NCBI RefSeq assembly: GCF_006345805.1
Contig: NC_043025.1
Span: 13,826,001 to 13,890,000 of the forward strand
Length of the DNA: 64,000 bases
Reading direction: 5' to 3'
Origin: Octopus sinensis
Taxonomy: Eukaryota
The notes under the pieces: generated by a model
Database searches by the model: none
Seen by the model: the letters and a program-made list of their open reading frames with translations, nothing else
Told to the model about the DNA's origin: nothing
Made by a program: the position numbers and the translations under genes
Shown here: in pieces, positions 48,059 through 61,780 of the stretch
Numbering within the stretch: the first letter of the stretch is position 1
Layout: each line of letters opens with the position of its first letter

Positions 48059-50030
48059 TAAAGGAAGTTTGTTAAAATCTTCGTTCGACTCCATTCTTTC
48101 ATATATATATATATATGAGTATATATACTCACACACATATACACACATGCGTGTATATGAAGTCAAATATACATTTATGTACATATACAATATATATATA
48201 TATATATACATATACACACACACGTGTGTGTGTGTTTGTGCGTTTCTTGCTCATTTATATATACATGTATATAAATATACATAGGTATATATATCTTCGG
48301 TTTCATGGTTTGTAATTCAATGTTTTGAAATGGTCCACATACAAAGGGTGATAAAAAAGTTTCAATTTGGGATTTGGATACATATACACACAGACAAACA
48401 CACAAACGGCACACAAGACAAACATATATATATACATATAATTGTAGCGTGGAAGGTGTTTATAAGCCATTTAAGAAACACACAAAGTCCGTTAGATTCA
48501 CTTCGACATTTAAATTTAATTTGCCAAAATATTTTCGTCGCTTTGAGACCACGACCTGCTCACTGACGAAATTCCGTGCTGCCGTGCCAGTGGCAAGTAA
48601 AAAGCACCATCCGAGCGTGGCCGTTTGCCAGCCTCGTCTGGCACCTGTGCAGGTGGCACATAAAAAGCACCCACTACACTCTCGGAGTGGTTGGCGTTAG
48701 GAAGGGCATCCAGCTGTAGAAACACCGCCAGATCAGACTGGGCCTGGCGCAGCCTTCTGGCTTCCCAGACCCCAGTTGAACCGTCCAACCCATGCTAGCA
48801 TGGAAAACGGACTTTAAACGATGATGATAATGATGATGATATATATATAACGGATTTTGTGTTTCTTAAATGGCTTATAAAAACCTTCCACGCTGCAATT
48901 GTTTTCGTTCCAGCACATGATCTCAGATCAGGTCACTTGCTATGCAAGTACATCTCCAAAATATATACACACACGAATAACTAGAAAAAAAAGCAAGAAT
49001 CCACACACATATTTCTAAATATACACGGATACTGAAACATGTCACACGGGTACAATACGATCCTCCATACATGAGTATTCTCTTGAGGAAAATATATATT
49101 TAGTGCAATTTTGGGGAGTAAATATGGTTACATATATATGCATGTGTATGGCTATATGTCTGTCTGTTGGTATGTTGCCATGGATATGATTTACAACGAT
49201 TTCCAGTAGTAAGGCCCTGGTCTGGGAATTCCAGGATTTTGTGGAATCACTTAGCTCCTGTCGTTCCAAGGTCTACACTGAACCAAGGATTTGGCCTAAA
49301 TGCTTGCTGCAACAGTCTGGACTCTCACAGGCCAGGCAGCGATGAGATCTGCTTCACTACATCACAGCTATGGGTTAATTCGCATATTAGGGGGTTGCCT
49401 GCCTTTGCATGTGAAGCCTGGGTCAGGCAGGCTCTGGAGAAGAAATCTTCATGGTTCAATGGAGGGGTGGGCAGTTGTAGCAATGCTTTGTGGAGTGTGG
49501 AGACCAAGATGACGCAAGTTACACACATTGATCATCCACAGCATCTTTCTCCATCCCTGGTTGTTTTGACCTGGTCTTACCCCCGTATTGAAGATGGTCA
49601 CAGATGAAAGAGGGAGATAGACAGTGCAGAAATCTTCATTTTAAACAAAGTCTTCAGACAAGTCGTCATCCTTAATGATGATTAGACAGGCCTTGTTGCT
49701 TCAACACATGTACAAGATAACATATTTGTATATATATATCACCGTGATTGACCAGGCTATCAGATGTTGTTACACATCGCTAGCCACAATGTGCTTCACA
49801 TTGTTTTAGCCTTCAAATGATGCCACCCCTCTGGCTAAGCGAGCAGAAGAAAGAGTGAGAGAAAGTTGTGGCGAAAGAGTACAGCAGGGATCGCCACCAC
49901 CCCCTGCCGGAGCCTCATGGGGCTTTAGGTGTTTTCACTCAATAAACACTCACAACGCCCAGTCTGGGAATCGAAACCGCGACCCTACGACCACGAGTCT
50001 GCTGCCCTAACCACTGGGCCATTGCACCTC

Positions 50031-50068
<38 letters not shown>

Positions 50069-51225
50069 GGCATAGGAGTGGCTGTGTGATAAGTAGCTTG
50101 CTCACCAACCACATGGTTCCGGGTTCAGTCCCACTGCGTGGTACCTTGGGCAAGTGTCTTCTACTATAGCCTCGGGCCACTAAAAAGTTCGTGATAGATG
50201 TAGGGCAGCTCTACATCGTATATTTATGTTAACCGCGGAGAGGCAAGCAAAAGTGTGATCGCATATTTGCGTCAACCGTTGCCAAGGGGTTCCCATCCGC
50301 TGGTGTGTGTGTGCGTATGTGTGTAGACCTGCATGAGATGAACCAGTCACCCACTGTGACACTCGTAAAAGCCAAAGGAGCTAATAAAGTGCCAGTCTAA
50401 AGCTTCAGTACCAATAAATTAAATGTGCCTGGTGTACCCTTATTGGTGGGTAGTCATGGTGGGTATACTGGGCTTCGTATATTTTACCCCAGTCTCACTT
50501 TGATGGCAAACACTGCTCTCTCACTCAATAATAATAATAATAATAATAATGATCTTTTCTACTAAAGGCACAAGGCCTGAAATTTTGGGGGCAAGGACAA
50601 GTTGATTACATTGACCCCAGTGCGTAACTGGTACTTAATTTATCGACCCTGAAAGGATGAAAGGCAAAGTCGACCTTGGCGGAGTTTGAACTCGGAAGAT
50701 GAATGCCGATGAAATGCAGCTAAGAGTTTTGTCCAGCATGCTAACGATTCTGCCAGCTCACCACCTCTTTTATAATAATCATCATCATCAGCATCATCAT
50801 CGTTTAACGTCCATTCTCCATGCTAGCATGGGTTGGACGGTTCGACCGGGGATCTGGGAAGCCAGAAGGCTGCACCAGGCTCCAGTCTGATCTGGCAATG
50901 TTTCTACAGCTGGATAAGACTGGAGCCTGGTGCAGCCTTCTGGCTTCCCAGATCCCCGGTCGAACCGTCCAACCCATGCTAGCATGGAGAACGGACGTTA
51001 AACGATGATGATGATGATTATTATTATAAATTTTGACACAAAGCCAATGATTTTGAGAGAAGAGGGCCAACCAATTACATTGACAAATGTTGACCTCGGC
51101 AAAAAAACATTGTTTTTTAGACAACAGTAGATAATCTCCTGTAATCTACAATGTTAATCCATGATTAATCTGCTGCAAGTGAATCGATTAGGTTTTAGTT
51201 CTTTCATCTTATATGAACTATATTG

Positions 51226-51258
<33 letters not shown>

Positions 51259-52157
51259 GGTGATGATGATGATGATGATGTGCTTGGCACCAGAACCAAG
51301 ATGCGACTGGACCGTAGAATGTATTTGGAATTGAGACACACACTGTTGAAGGGCATAGAAGCACCACCCTGCATTCTGCAAGTATGTTATGAAAGATTCT
51401 TCAGGTTAGAGGACAATTCTACGCGTTAAACCTCCTTGAATTAGCTTTGAAATAATAAAAATAATAATAAAATTTAAATGTTGAAGTGAATCTAACTGGT
51501 TTTTGTGTGTTTCTTAAATGGCTTACAAACACCTTCCACGCAGCGATTGTTTTCGTTCCAGCACACGATCTCAGATCAGGTCACTTGCTATGCAAGTACA
51601 TCTCCGTAAAATAATAACAATCTTTTCTACTATAGGCACAAGGGCCGTAATTTGGAAGAAGAGGAAACTGAAAGAAGCTCAAACGGTAGTGCCCCAGCAT
51701 GGCCACAGCTCGTGAGCTGAAACTGAATGAAATAAAAAATGAAATAAAATAAAATACACACATACACACACACAAAGGCTGAAACCTACAGTTACTATCA
51801 ACATTCTGTATCAAAACCTATTCAAACAGGGTACATTTGACAAGGTACCCTCTTATGACATCACCTGACGAGACTCCTGTGCACCGAGGGACACCTGACA
51901 ACAAGTTGTGCAGTATTCCACCCGTGAAGGATCGATGCAGGATGGATTATATATAGAAAGAGGAAGTACAAGGTGACTACTTATGCATGGAACTTAATAT
52001 ATATATCTTTGGTATCCAATATAAAGATTTTTATATGTATATATGTTAAGGGGGACCTCAAGATAACTACTTATGGATGACAATTAAGTAACAGGTTGTA
52101 TATCTTTGGAGCTGTAAAATCTTAAGGAGTATTTTGAGTATCAATGGTACTGTATAA

Positions 52158-52195
<38 letters not shown>

Positions 52196-52540
52196 GTGTA
52201 TATATATACATGTGTATATATATATATATATATATACATGTGTATATATATATATACATGTGTATATATATATATATATACATGTGTATATTTACGATCT
52301 AACTACAAAGAAAAGAATGTTCTCTAGAGAACATTCTTTTCTTTGTGTTAGATCATATGTGATCTCCTTCTAGCATGTTAGATGTCCACATAGTAGTTTT
52401 TAGCCCTAAATGTACACATGCATTGCAATTTTGTCTGATTTTTTCAGATTTTTCTATATGCTGGGCTGCTGGTTCTTAAATTGATATTAATTAAATTAAT
52501 ATTCAATTTATCATCCTTGTTATTTAACTTAATATATCTA

Positions 52541-52574
<34 letters not shown>

Positions 52575-52774
52575 CACATATATACACACACATATGGCCT
52601 GCTTGCTTAGCCAGCGGGGTGGCGTCATTTCAAGGCTAAAACAATGTGAAGCGCATTGTGACCAGCGATGTGTAACAACATCTGATAACCTGGTCGGTCA
52701 CGGTGATATACACACATATGTATATATATATATATATATATACACGTACAAAAATACACAACACATTTTACATG

Positions 52775-52806
<32 letters not shown>

Positions 52807-52986
52807 CACACTGGTCTGATAAAATAACATTTACTTAATTATATAAAAGTACTCCAGAACCAGTCCTTTACAGTCTGCCCCGATCCAGACTAGTTCAGAC
52901 CAATTCTCTCTTCAGTGGGGGCCACATTAGCAACAATTTTTTCTGTACAGGTGAGAAGAGGAATGGGTCCCGTGTAGGCTGGAACT

Positions 52987-53257
52987 TCAGAGGGAGCAAA
53001 GGTATTTATGTAAATGATCGAGTGAAAAGGTCGAATCAACTAGGAATGTTCGGTGCAGGAAGGTCTGGGCCAGTTTGATGTTCTCGGGGTCATCGTCCAA
53101 CAGAAGGATGTTCTCGGCTTTGATGTCCAGTGATGGAGACTGGTCGCAGAGCTGCGCCACCACCCAGGAGATGTGTTCTTCCTTGCCGGCCGTCCACTGG
53201 CTGTGGTTGTTTATCCAGTCGGGAGTGTTTCCGCGGACGATGATCTGGCTGGTGTTT
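52987..53257 (-). CDS. Exon 2 (terminal) of the HAD-superfamily protein; joined CDS 573 nt = 190 aa
   Basis: Polypyrimidine tract plus TAG acceptor; phase 2 matches exon 1 (AG+A = Arg, then NTSQIIVRG); GKEEH (motif III Lys) and ILLLDDD (motif IV); stop at 52987. Confidence 0.88.
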
Positions 53258-53589
53258 CTAGCAGCAGGCGGTAAGGGGAAAGAGAAAGAAAGACAGAAAG
53301 AAAAAAAAAGAAAAGAAAACAATTTTTTGAGTTGTACTTTAGAAATAAAATATGCAAATAATAATGATGATGATGATGATGATGATGACAACAAGGTCAA
53401 CAAATGATGATGATGATGATGATAATAATAATGATGATGATAATAATAATGATGATAATAATAATGATAATGATGATGATGATGATGATAATAATAATGA
53501 TGATGATGATTATATGATGATGTTGATGATGATAAATAACAACAACAACAAAACAACAATAATGTTGATGATTTCAAATTTTGGCACAA

Positions 53590-53781
53590 GACCAGCAAGT
53601 TCAGCGGGAAGGGATAAGTCAATTGCATTGACCCCAGTATTCAACTGGTACTTATTTTATTGACCCCGAAAGGATGAGAGGCACAGTCGACCTCAGCGGA
53701 ATTTGAACCCAGAACATCAAGACAGATGGAATTCTGCCAAGCATTTGGCCCGACACAGTAACAATTCTGCCAGTTTCCCAC

Positions 53782-53815
<34 letters not shown>

Positions 53816-54305
53816 TATCATTATTATTATTATTATTATTTCTACTCTAGGCACAAGGCCTTAAAAATTTTGGGGAAGGGGGAAATTTGATTATATCGAC
53901 CCCAGTGTATAACTGCTACTTATTTCACCAACCCCCAAAAGGATGAAATGCAAAGTCAACCTCAGCAGGATTTGAACACAGAACATAGCGGCAGATGAAA
54001 AACCGCTAAGCATTTCGCCCGGAGTGCTAACAATTCTGCCAGCTTGCCACCAAATAATAATAATAATAATAAATATTTCTTTATTGCCCACAGGGGGTTA
54101 AACATAGAAGGGACAAACAAGAACAGACAAACGGATTAAGTCGATTACATTGACCCCAGTGCGTAACTGGTACTTAATTTATCGACCCCGAAAGGATGAA
54201 ATGCAAAGTCAACCTCAGCAGGATTTGAACACAGAACGTAGCGGCAGATGAAAAACCGCTAAGCATTTCGTCCGGTGTGCTAACAATTCTGCCAGCTTGC
54301 CACCA
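53590..54305 (-). mobile_element. Three family B SINE copies separated by (AAT)n; further B copies at 11590-11805, 28660-28841, 30383-30578, 50590-50760
   Basis: Same core motif with tRNA-like head (TGAGTTCAAATTCC B-box-like). Confidence 0.82.
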
Positions 54306-54704
54306 AATAATAATAATAATAATAAAAATAACAATAATATCAAAATTAAAAGAAGAGTGCCATTGTCACCTGGTGAATGATATTTTGACATCTTGTCTGT
54401 CTTCAACAGGTTCAAAAGATAATTTTGTCAATCTACTGTCCAACCCATGCCAGCATCGAAAACAGATGTTAAACAATGATGATGATGAAAGAAGCCCATC
54501 ATATATATATATATGCACGACGGGCTTCTTTCAGTATCCGTCGACCAAAAATCCACTCACAAGGCTTTGGTCGGCCCAAGGCTATAGTAGAAGACACTTG
54601 CCCAAGGTGCCACACAGTGGGACCGAATTCCTGCGCAATTTATGGCAAAACTAAATTGCATTTCCATAATTAGCACACATAATTTAATTTGCATAACCAG
54701 ATTA

Positions 54705-55083
54705 CTCTTTTACTCTTTTACTAGTTTCAGTCATTTGACTGCGGCCATGCTGGAGCACCGCCTTTAATCGAGCAAATCGACCCCCGGGACTTATTCTTTT
54801 GTAAGCCCAGTACTTATTCTGTCGGTCTCTTTTGCCGAACCGCTAAGTAACGGGAACATAAACACACCAGCATCGGTTGTCAAGCAATGCTAGGGGGACA
54901 AACACTGACACACACGTATACATATATACGATGGGCTTCTTTCAGTTTCCGCCTACCAAATCCACTCACAAGGCATTGGTCGGCCCGAGGCTATAGAAGA
55001 AGACACTTGCCCAAGGTGCCACGCAGTGGGACTGAACCCGGAACCATGTGGTTGGTAAACAAGCTACTTACCACACAGCCACT
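54705..55083 (-). mobile_element. SINE family A
   Basis: Full-length reverse copy. Confidence 0.86.
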
Positions 55084-55496
55084 TCTGCAGATTGGTAAAG
55101 AAATTGAACAAAAGTTTTTTAAAATACGAAATCTATGTCAGCAACCAAAGAGATCCGCAATCTTACATTTAAGCAAGCCATTCATGAAGGCCCTCCACCC
55201 TCGTCAAACGCCACGTGGTACTATAACACAAACCACACACAACAAAGAAAACGATGGATGCCCCCATCGCCACCACCACCACATATACGCACAATGACTC
55301 ACCAAACTCAAGTGCCCTCGAGGGCCCTCAAGGGTCCCTCTCCTATTTCTCGCCCAAGACAACCTCAAATTATATTGATTCGGCAAAGACGAGTGTTCAC
55401 AAGTGTTTAATTCCCGTTTGTTGCCACAGATATACACAGCTGTGCATTTAGGACAAGCACATTAGTTATGTAGGTCCACCTTTCATAGAATTATCT

Positions 55497-56168
55497 AGGC
55501 ACAGGAGTGGCTGTGTGGTAAGTAGCTTGTTTATCAACCACATGGTTCCAGGTTCAGTCCCACTGCATGGCACCTTGGGTAAGTGTCTTCTACTATAGCC
55601 TCAGGCCGACCAATGCCTTGTGAGTGGATTTGGTAGACAGAAACTGAAAAGAAGCCTGTTGTATATATGTATATACAAAGGCGGCAAGCTGCCAGACTCG
55701 GTAGCACGCCGGGTGAAATGCTTAGCAGTATTTCGTCTGCCGCTACGTTCTGAGTTCAAATTCCGCCGAGGTCAACTTTGCCTTTCATCCTTTCGGGGTC
55801 GATTAAACAAATACCAGTTATGCACTGGGGTCGATATAATCGACTTAATCCGTTTGTGTATCCTTGTTTGCCCCCTCTGTGTTTAGCCCCTTGTGGGTAG
55901 TAAAGAAATATGTATATATATATATATATATGTGTGTGTGTCTGTGTTTGTCCCCCTAGCATCGCTTGACAACCGATGCTGGTGTGTTTATGTCCCCGTT
56001 ACTTAGCGGTTCGGCAAAAGAGACCGATAGAATAAGTACTGGGCTTACAAAAGAATAAGTCCCGGGCTTACAAAAGAATAAGTCCCGGGGTCGATTTGCT
56101 CGACTAAAAAGGCAGTGCTCCAGCATGGCCGCAGTCAAATGACTGAAACAAGTAAAAGAGTAAAGAGT
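55497..56168 (+). mobile_element. SINE family A with a family B SINE (55680-55910) inside its microsatellite linker
   Basis: A head, B element, then A 3' half in series. Confidence 0.8.
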
Positions 56169-56719
56169 AAAGCAACGCCCCCCACCTCTCTTTTTCACTC
56201 ATATTTCCCCCCCCCCCTTCAAGTGGTACTTGAGGAACTCGACAAAAGCCTGGTCTGAGCGATGTCACATTGGCCTCAAGCCCAGCTGACGGTCACACTA
56301 CGTACACCAGTTTCCACAAGTGTAGCAACCACACTCCTACCATTTCAAGGGCGGTGCCCCAGCATGGCCGCAGTCTAATGACTGAAACCAGCAAAAGATT
56401 CATGCTGGCAGAGGAAACCAGATGAGTCACAGCTTCACAACAGACTCGACTCAGAACCAATTCAATTTGTTATCGTTTTAAATGTCCACTTATTCATTCC
56501 ATAACTGATGTGGGTTGGACAGGATTTGTCACAGAAGATATTCTATAGCCAAATGCCATTCCTATCCCCAATCGTCACCTGTTACCAACCTAGGGTGATA
56601 TTCTGCCACACAGAAGACAGGCAACAACAGACACCGTTTATAAGGTGATGGCAGTTGTTTACGATTATCACAGGTTACGACATCGGTATACATGTCTGGT
56701 GTGAAATGCTATTACACAT

Positions 56720-57195
56720 AGTCATCAAATCTAAGTAGAGACTTCAAACTTGAAATCTTCAAAGCCACAGTCGAACCAATTCTACTATATGGCTCAGAAA
56801 CCTGGACGTTATCAAAGAAGCTTGAGAGGCGGTTGGATGGAACCTACACTCGCCTCCTTATGAGAGCTCAAAATCTCTCGTGGAAGCGCCATCCAACCAA
56901 AATGCAAATATATGGGAAACTACCACCTGTGTCATCTCTTGTGAAAGGTGGAAGAGTCCAGTTTGCTGGACATTGTTGTAGAGCTGAAAAAGAGGTAATC
57001 TCTACTCTTCTCCTCTGGAAGCCATCTACTCGCAATACCAGAGGGCTCACACTCTCCTACCCTGATGTAATCTCCAGGGATACAGGCATCCAGCAACAGG
57101 ACCTCCGTAATGCCATGATGGACCGTGAAGTCTGGCGTAGCATGGTAAATTCCATTGTCTCGACCACGGTCGAACAATGAGGATGAATGAGGCTA
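56720..57195 (+). mobile_element. RTE-clade LINE 3' fragment
   Basis: IFKATVEPILLYGSETW, QFAGHCCR, DREVWR and a short TGAGGATGAATGAG tail. Confidence 0.88.
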
Positions 57196-57491
57196 TTACA
57201 CAAATAAATAGATGTCTTTACTCTTTTACTTGTTCTGTGGCCTATTGGCATTAGGAAGGACATCCAGCTGTAGAAACGATGCCAAAGCTGACAGTGGAGC
57301 CTGATAATAGAATAGGCCAATAGAATAAGTACTAGGCTAACAAAGAATAAGTCCTGGAGTCGATTCACTCGACGAAAGGTGGTGCTCCAGCATGGCCACA
57401 GTCACATAACTGAAACAACAAGTAAAAGAGTAAAGAGTATATATATACACACACACACACGTATGTATATATATGATACATATATATATAT

Positions 57492-57895
57492 AGGCGCAGG
57501 AGTGGCTGTGTGGTAAGTAGCTTGCTAACCAACCACATGGTTCCGGGTTCAGTCCCACTGCGTGGCATCTTGGGCAAGTGTCTTCTGCTATAGCCCCGGG
57601 CCAACCAATGCCTTGTGAGTGGATTTGGTAGACGGAAACTGAAAGAAGCCCGTCGTATATATGTATATATATATATATATATGTATGCGTGTGTGTGTTT
57701 GTCCCCGTAGCATTGCTTGACAACTGATGCTGGTGTGTTTACGTCCCCGTCACTTAGCGCTTCGGCAAAAGAGACCGATAGAATAAGCACTGGGCTTACA
57801 AAAAGAATAAGTCCCGGGGTCGATTTGCTCGACTAAAGGCGGTGCTCCAGCATGGCCGCAGTCAAATGACTGAAACAAGTAAAAGAGTAAAAGAG
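57492..57895 (+). mobile_element. SINE family A
   Basis: Full-length copy. Confidence 0.86.
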
Positions 57896-58324
57896 TATAT
57901 ATATATATATAATATATATATATCCAGGATATATCTCTCCTCGCTTTGTGTCATGCTCCCCACCTTTCAAAGAAAGTTGATTGCCAGCGAACACAAAAAA
58001 TACAAAGAATTTTAAGTGGAATTGTCGGTGCTGAAATTCCTTCCTCTCCTGTTTCCTGTTGACTCAAACATGTTGTTGTTGCTGTTGTCGTGGGCAATGA
58101 AAGTCCTCTTTGTCAATCGGACTTAGTGTATAGTGATGCTGACGTTGTCGTCGTCCGGGCAACAGTCATCCTCTCAAACAGCTGGTTTATGATCAAGAAC
58201 AATCCAGCGGCAACTTCCCAATATATATACACACACACACACATAAATTGTTTCGTTTAATGTCCGTTTTCGTGCTGGCACATATGTGTATATTTGTGTA
58301 TGTTTATGTGTATACATACATGGT

Positions 58325-58695
58325 GGAGGTGCAATAGCCCAGTGGTTAGGGCAGCGGACTCGCGGTTTCGATTCCCAGACCGGGCGTTGTGAGTGTTTAT
58401 TGAGCGAAAACACCTAAAAGCTCCACGAGGCTCCAGCAGGGGATGGTGGTGATCCCTGCTGTACTCTTTCACCACAACTTTCTCTCACTCTTACTTCCTG
58501 TTTCTGTTGTACCTGTATTTCAAAGGGCCGGCCTTGTCACTCTCTGTGTCACGCTGAATATCCCCGAGAACTACGTTAAGGGTACACGTGTCTGTGGAGT
58601 GCTCAGCCACTTACACATTAATTTCACGAGCAAGCTGTTCCGTTGATTCGGATCAACCGGAACCCTCATCGTCATAACCGACGGAGTGCTTCCAT
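58325..58695 (+). mobile_element. tRNA-derived SINE family C; reverse copies 43650-43945 and 49745-50030; related head 13330-13630
   Basis: TAGCCCAGTGGTTAGGGCAGCGGACTCGCGG..TTCGATTCCC head, shared body TTTATTGAGCGAAAACACCTAAAAGCTCCACGAGG. Confidence 0.8.
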
Positions 58696-59659
58696 TACAT
58701 ACATACACACACACACACATACATATATAAATAGATGAGTATATTTTTCCCTCGTTAACAATTAACACGGAAAAAATAGATAAATAGTTACCAGGGTAGC
58801 AAAAAAATCACACAAGTAAAGAGGTTGCAACTCCTTGTTTTTAAAGGTAGAAACTTCAGGCTTATGTGGAAATTTTTTGTATAATATATAAATAAATAAA
58901 TGGAGTTTAACGCAAGTGTAATTCAAATACTTTTACTTCCGACACGTGTTTCGAAGATATCACTGATATTATTCCAAATGCTGCAAAAGGCCAGATCACC
59001 TGTACTAGTCCACAATTCCTCTCTCAGGTTTGTTCTCTTATTGCAGCTGCCCTTCAGTTTTTTTCTAAACCCCATAAAAGAACCCGAAAGCTCGGACCTC
59101 CAACTAGGCCTTTCGCAACACCCTTAAAGTCAGGAACCATTAGACCGCGGCCATTTATTCCTTTGGAATAATATCAGTGCAATCTTCGAGACATGTGTCG
59201 GAAGTAAAAGTATTTGAATTATACCTGCATTAAACTCCATTTATATACACACACACACACACTGTATTCTATTATGTATAAAGAAACCTTATGTATAAGT
59301 AACCCCTGAATTTTTTGGACTTAAAATTTGGGAAAAAGATTTTGTGAGGAATTACAATACTATCCACGTATAAGAAATTCCCCTATTTTTTTAACCAAAT
59401 GTTTGACAAAAAAAGGGTTCCTTATACACGTTAAAAATACGGTATCATCATTATTATCATTAGACATTTGCTTTCCATGCTAGCATGGGTTGGACGATTT
59501 GACTGAGGACTGGCAGGGGTTGGTGGCGACCCATGTTGTACTCTTTCACCCCAACTTTCTCTAACTCTTTGTTCCTGTTTCTTGAGTAATGCTGCCTTTA
59601 GTAGAAAGGATTATTATTACATTCTAAATGAAGACAACCCTGACCAGAGAGTTGAATTC

Positions 59660-60279
59660 TGTAAGTAGTACCTGGGCAAATGGACTTTTTTATAATGGGG
59701 ACATCTCAAAAATAAGTTTTACACCTCAAAACCAGCAACATTCGATGAGCTGAGACAGGAAATTGAAAAACAATGTCTCTCACAGTTCTGAATAAAAGAA
59801 TTCGTAATGGTTTTTAATCCATTAGTCCATGGTATCAGCTGTGTTTGGAGAGTGGTGGTCATCAGTTTGAACATCTATAAAAATGCATTTATCCACTTTG
59901 GGTTTAACAATTAATCCTTGTCAATAAACAATGCGTTTATTGTCATTTAAAGAGTGAAAGCATCTTTTGACCATGTTTTTGAAACACATGTCGGAAGTAA
60001 AAGTATTTGAATTACACTTGCGTTAAACTCCATTTATTTATTTATATATTATACAAAAAATTACATGTAAATCTGAAGTTTCTCCTTTTAAAAACAAGGA
60101 GTTACAACCTCTTTACTTGTGTGATTTTTTGCTACCCTGGCAACCATTTATCTATTTTTTCCGTGTTAATTGTTACTTGTTTTTTTAAAATTTGAACCAT
60201 TAATCTAGTTTCCAAGTCAATAGACATTGAATTAATTGTCATTTAAAGTGTGAGTACATTTTTTTGTGGACACCCTGTA
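59660..60279 (+). mobile_element. Tc1/mariner transposase 3' relic with right TIR
   Basis: Degenerate DF..WG.LK..Y...P.TFDELRQEIE ... SGGHQFEHL*; TIR end TGTGGACACCCTGTA at 60265-60279. Confidence 0.65.
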
Positions 60280-60284
60280 TATAT

Positions 60285-60511
60285 ATGTGTGTGTATAATA
60301 AGAGATATGTGTATATATATATATGTGTGTATATATATATATATATGTGTGTGTATATATATATATATGTGTAATATATAATATATATATATATGTTGTG
60401 TAATATATATATGTGTGTATATATATATATATATAATATATGTGTGTGTATATATAATATATATGTATATTATATATATATATATGTGTGTGTATATATA
60501 TATATATGTAT

Positions 60512-60563
<52 letters not shown>

Positions 60564-60684
60564 GTGTTATATTATGTGTGTGTATATATATATATATATA
60601 TATAATATATATATGTGTGTGTATATATATGTGTGTGTATATATATATATTATATAATATATATATGTGTGTAATAATATATAG

Positions 60685-60722
<38 letters not shown>

Positions 60723-61061
60723 TATATATAGTGTGTGTGTGATATATAATATGTGTATAATATATATATATATATATATATATATGTGGTGTTTGTTATA
60801 TATATATGTGTATATATATATATATGTGTGTGTATATATATATTGTGTATATATATATATATATATATGTGTGTTTATATATATATAGTGTATAATATAT
60901 TATGTGTATATATTATATTAGATATGTATATTATATTTGTATATATATATATATGTGTGTATTATATATATATATGTGTGTGTTCTATATATATATATAT
61001 ATGGATAATATATATATATATATATATTATGTGTGTATATATATATATGTGTGTATATATG

Positions 61062-61092
<31 letters not shown>

Positions 61093-61164
61093 ATATATTA
61101 TATATATATTATATATATATATATATGTGTGGTGATATATATATATATGTATATTATATATAAT

Positions 61165-61209
<45 letters not shown>

Positions 61210-61222
61210 ATATAATATGTGT

Positions 61223-61259
<37 letters not shown>

Positions 61260-61325
61260 TGTGTATATATATGTGTGTGTATATATATATATATATAGAT
61301 ATATATATATGTGTGTTATTTATAT

Positions 61326-61384
<59 letters not shown>

Positions 61385-61603
61385 ATATATATATATGTGT
61401 ATATATATGATATATATATATATATATATATGTGTGTGTTGTATATATATATATGTGTATATATATATATATATGTGTGTGTAGATATATATATTATGAT
61501 ATATATATATATATATTAGTGTGTGTATATATATATATACTGTGTATATATATTATATGTGTATATAATATATATATGTATATATTATGTGTATATATAT
61601 ATA

Positions 61604-61634
<31 letters not shown>

Positions 61635-61635
61635 T
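60285..61635. repeat. ~1.35 kb (TA)n/(TG)n microsatellite field in the HAD gene intron
   Basis: Direct inspection; smaller fields at 7160-7360, 27962-28262, 31920-32170, and (GATA/GACA)n at 62342-62745. Confidence 0.95.
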
Positions 61636-61727
61636 AAGTCAAGTACATCAACATCAAAAAATCAAATGGAAATTGTATTTGTGATACCTGTGCCGGTGGC
61701 ACGTAAAAAGCACCAACCGATCGTGGC

Positions 61728-61780
<53 letters not shown>

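Noticed and set aside
49140-49620. Unique-looking stretch with 146-aa and 67-aa ORFs
   Set aside because: No recognisable domain or splice sites; may be an old LINE relic but cannot be supported.
51865-51900. CTGACGA followed by a possible stem as another hammerhead
   Set aside because: No GAAA half or stem I partner downstream.
52987-53663. 213-aa ORF as a single-exon gene
   Set aside because: Its N-terminal ~120 aa derive from (GAT/AAT)n and a polypyrimidine tract; only 53257-52987 is exon.
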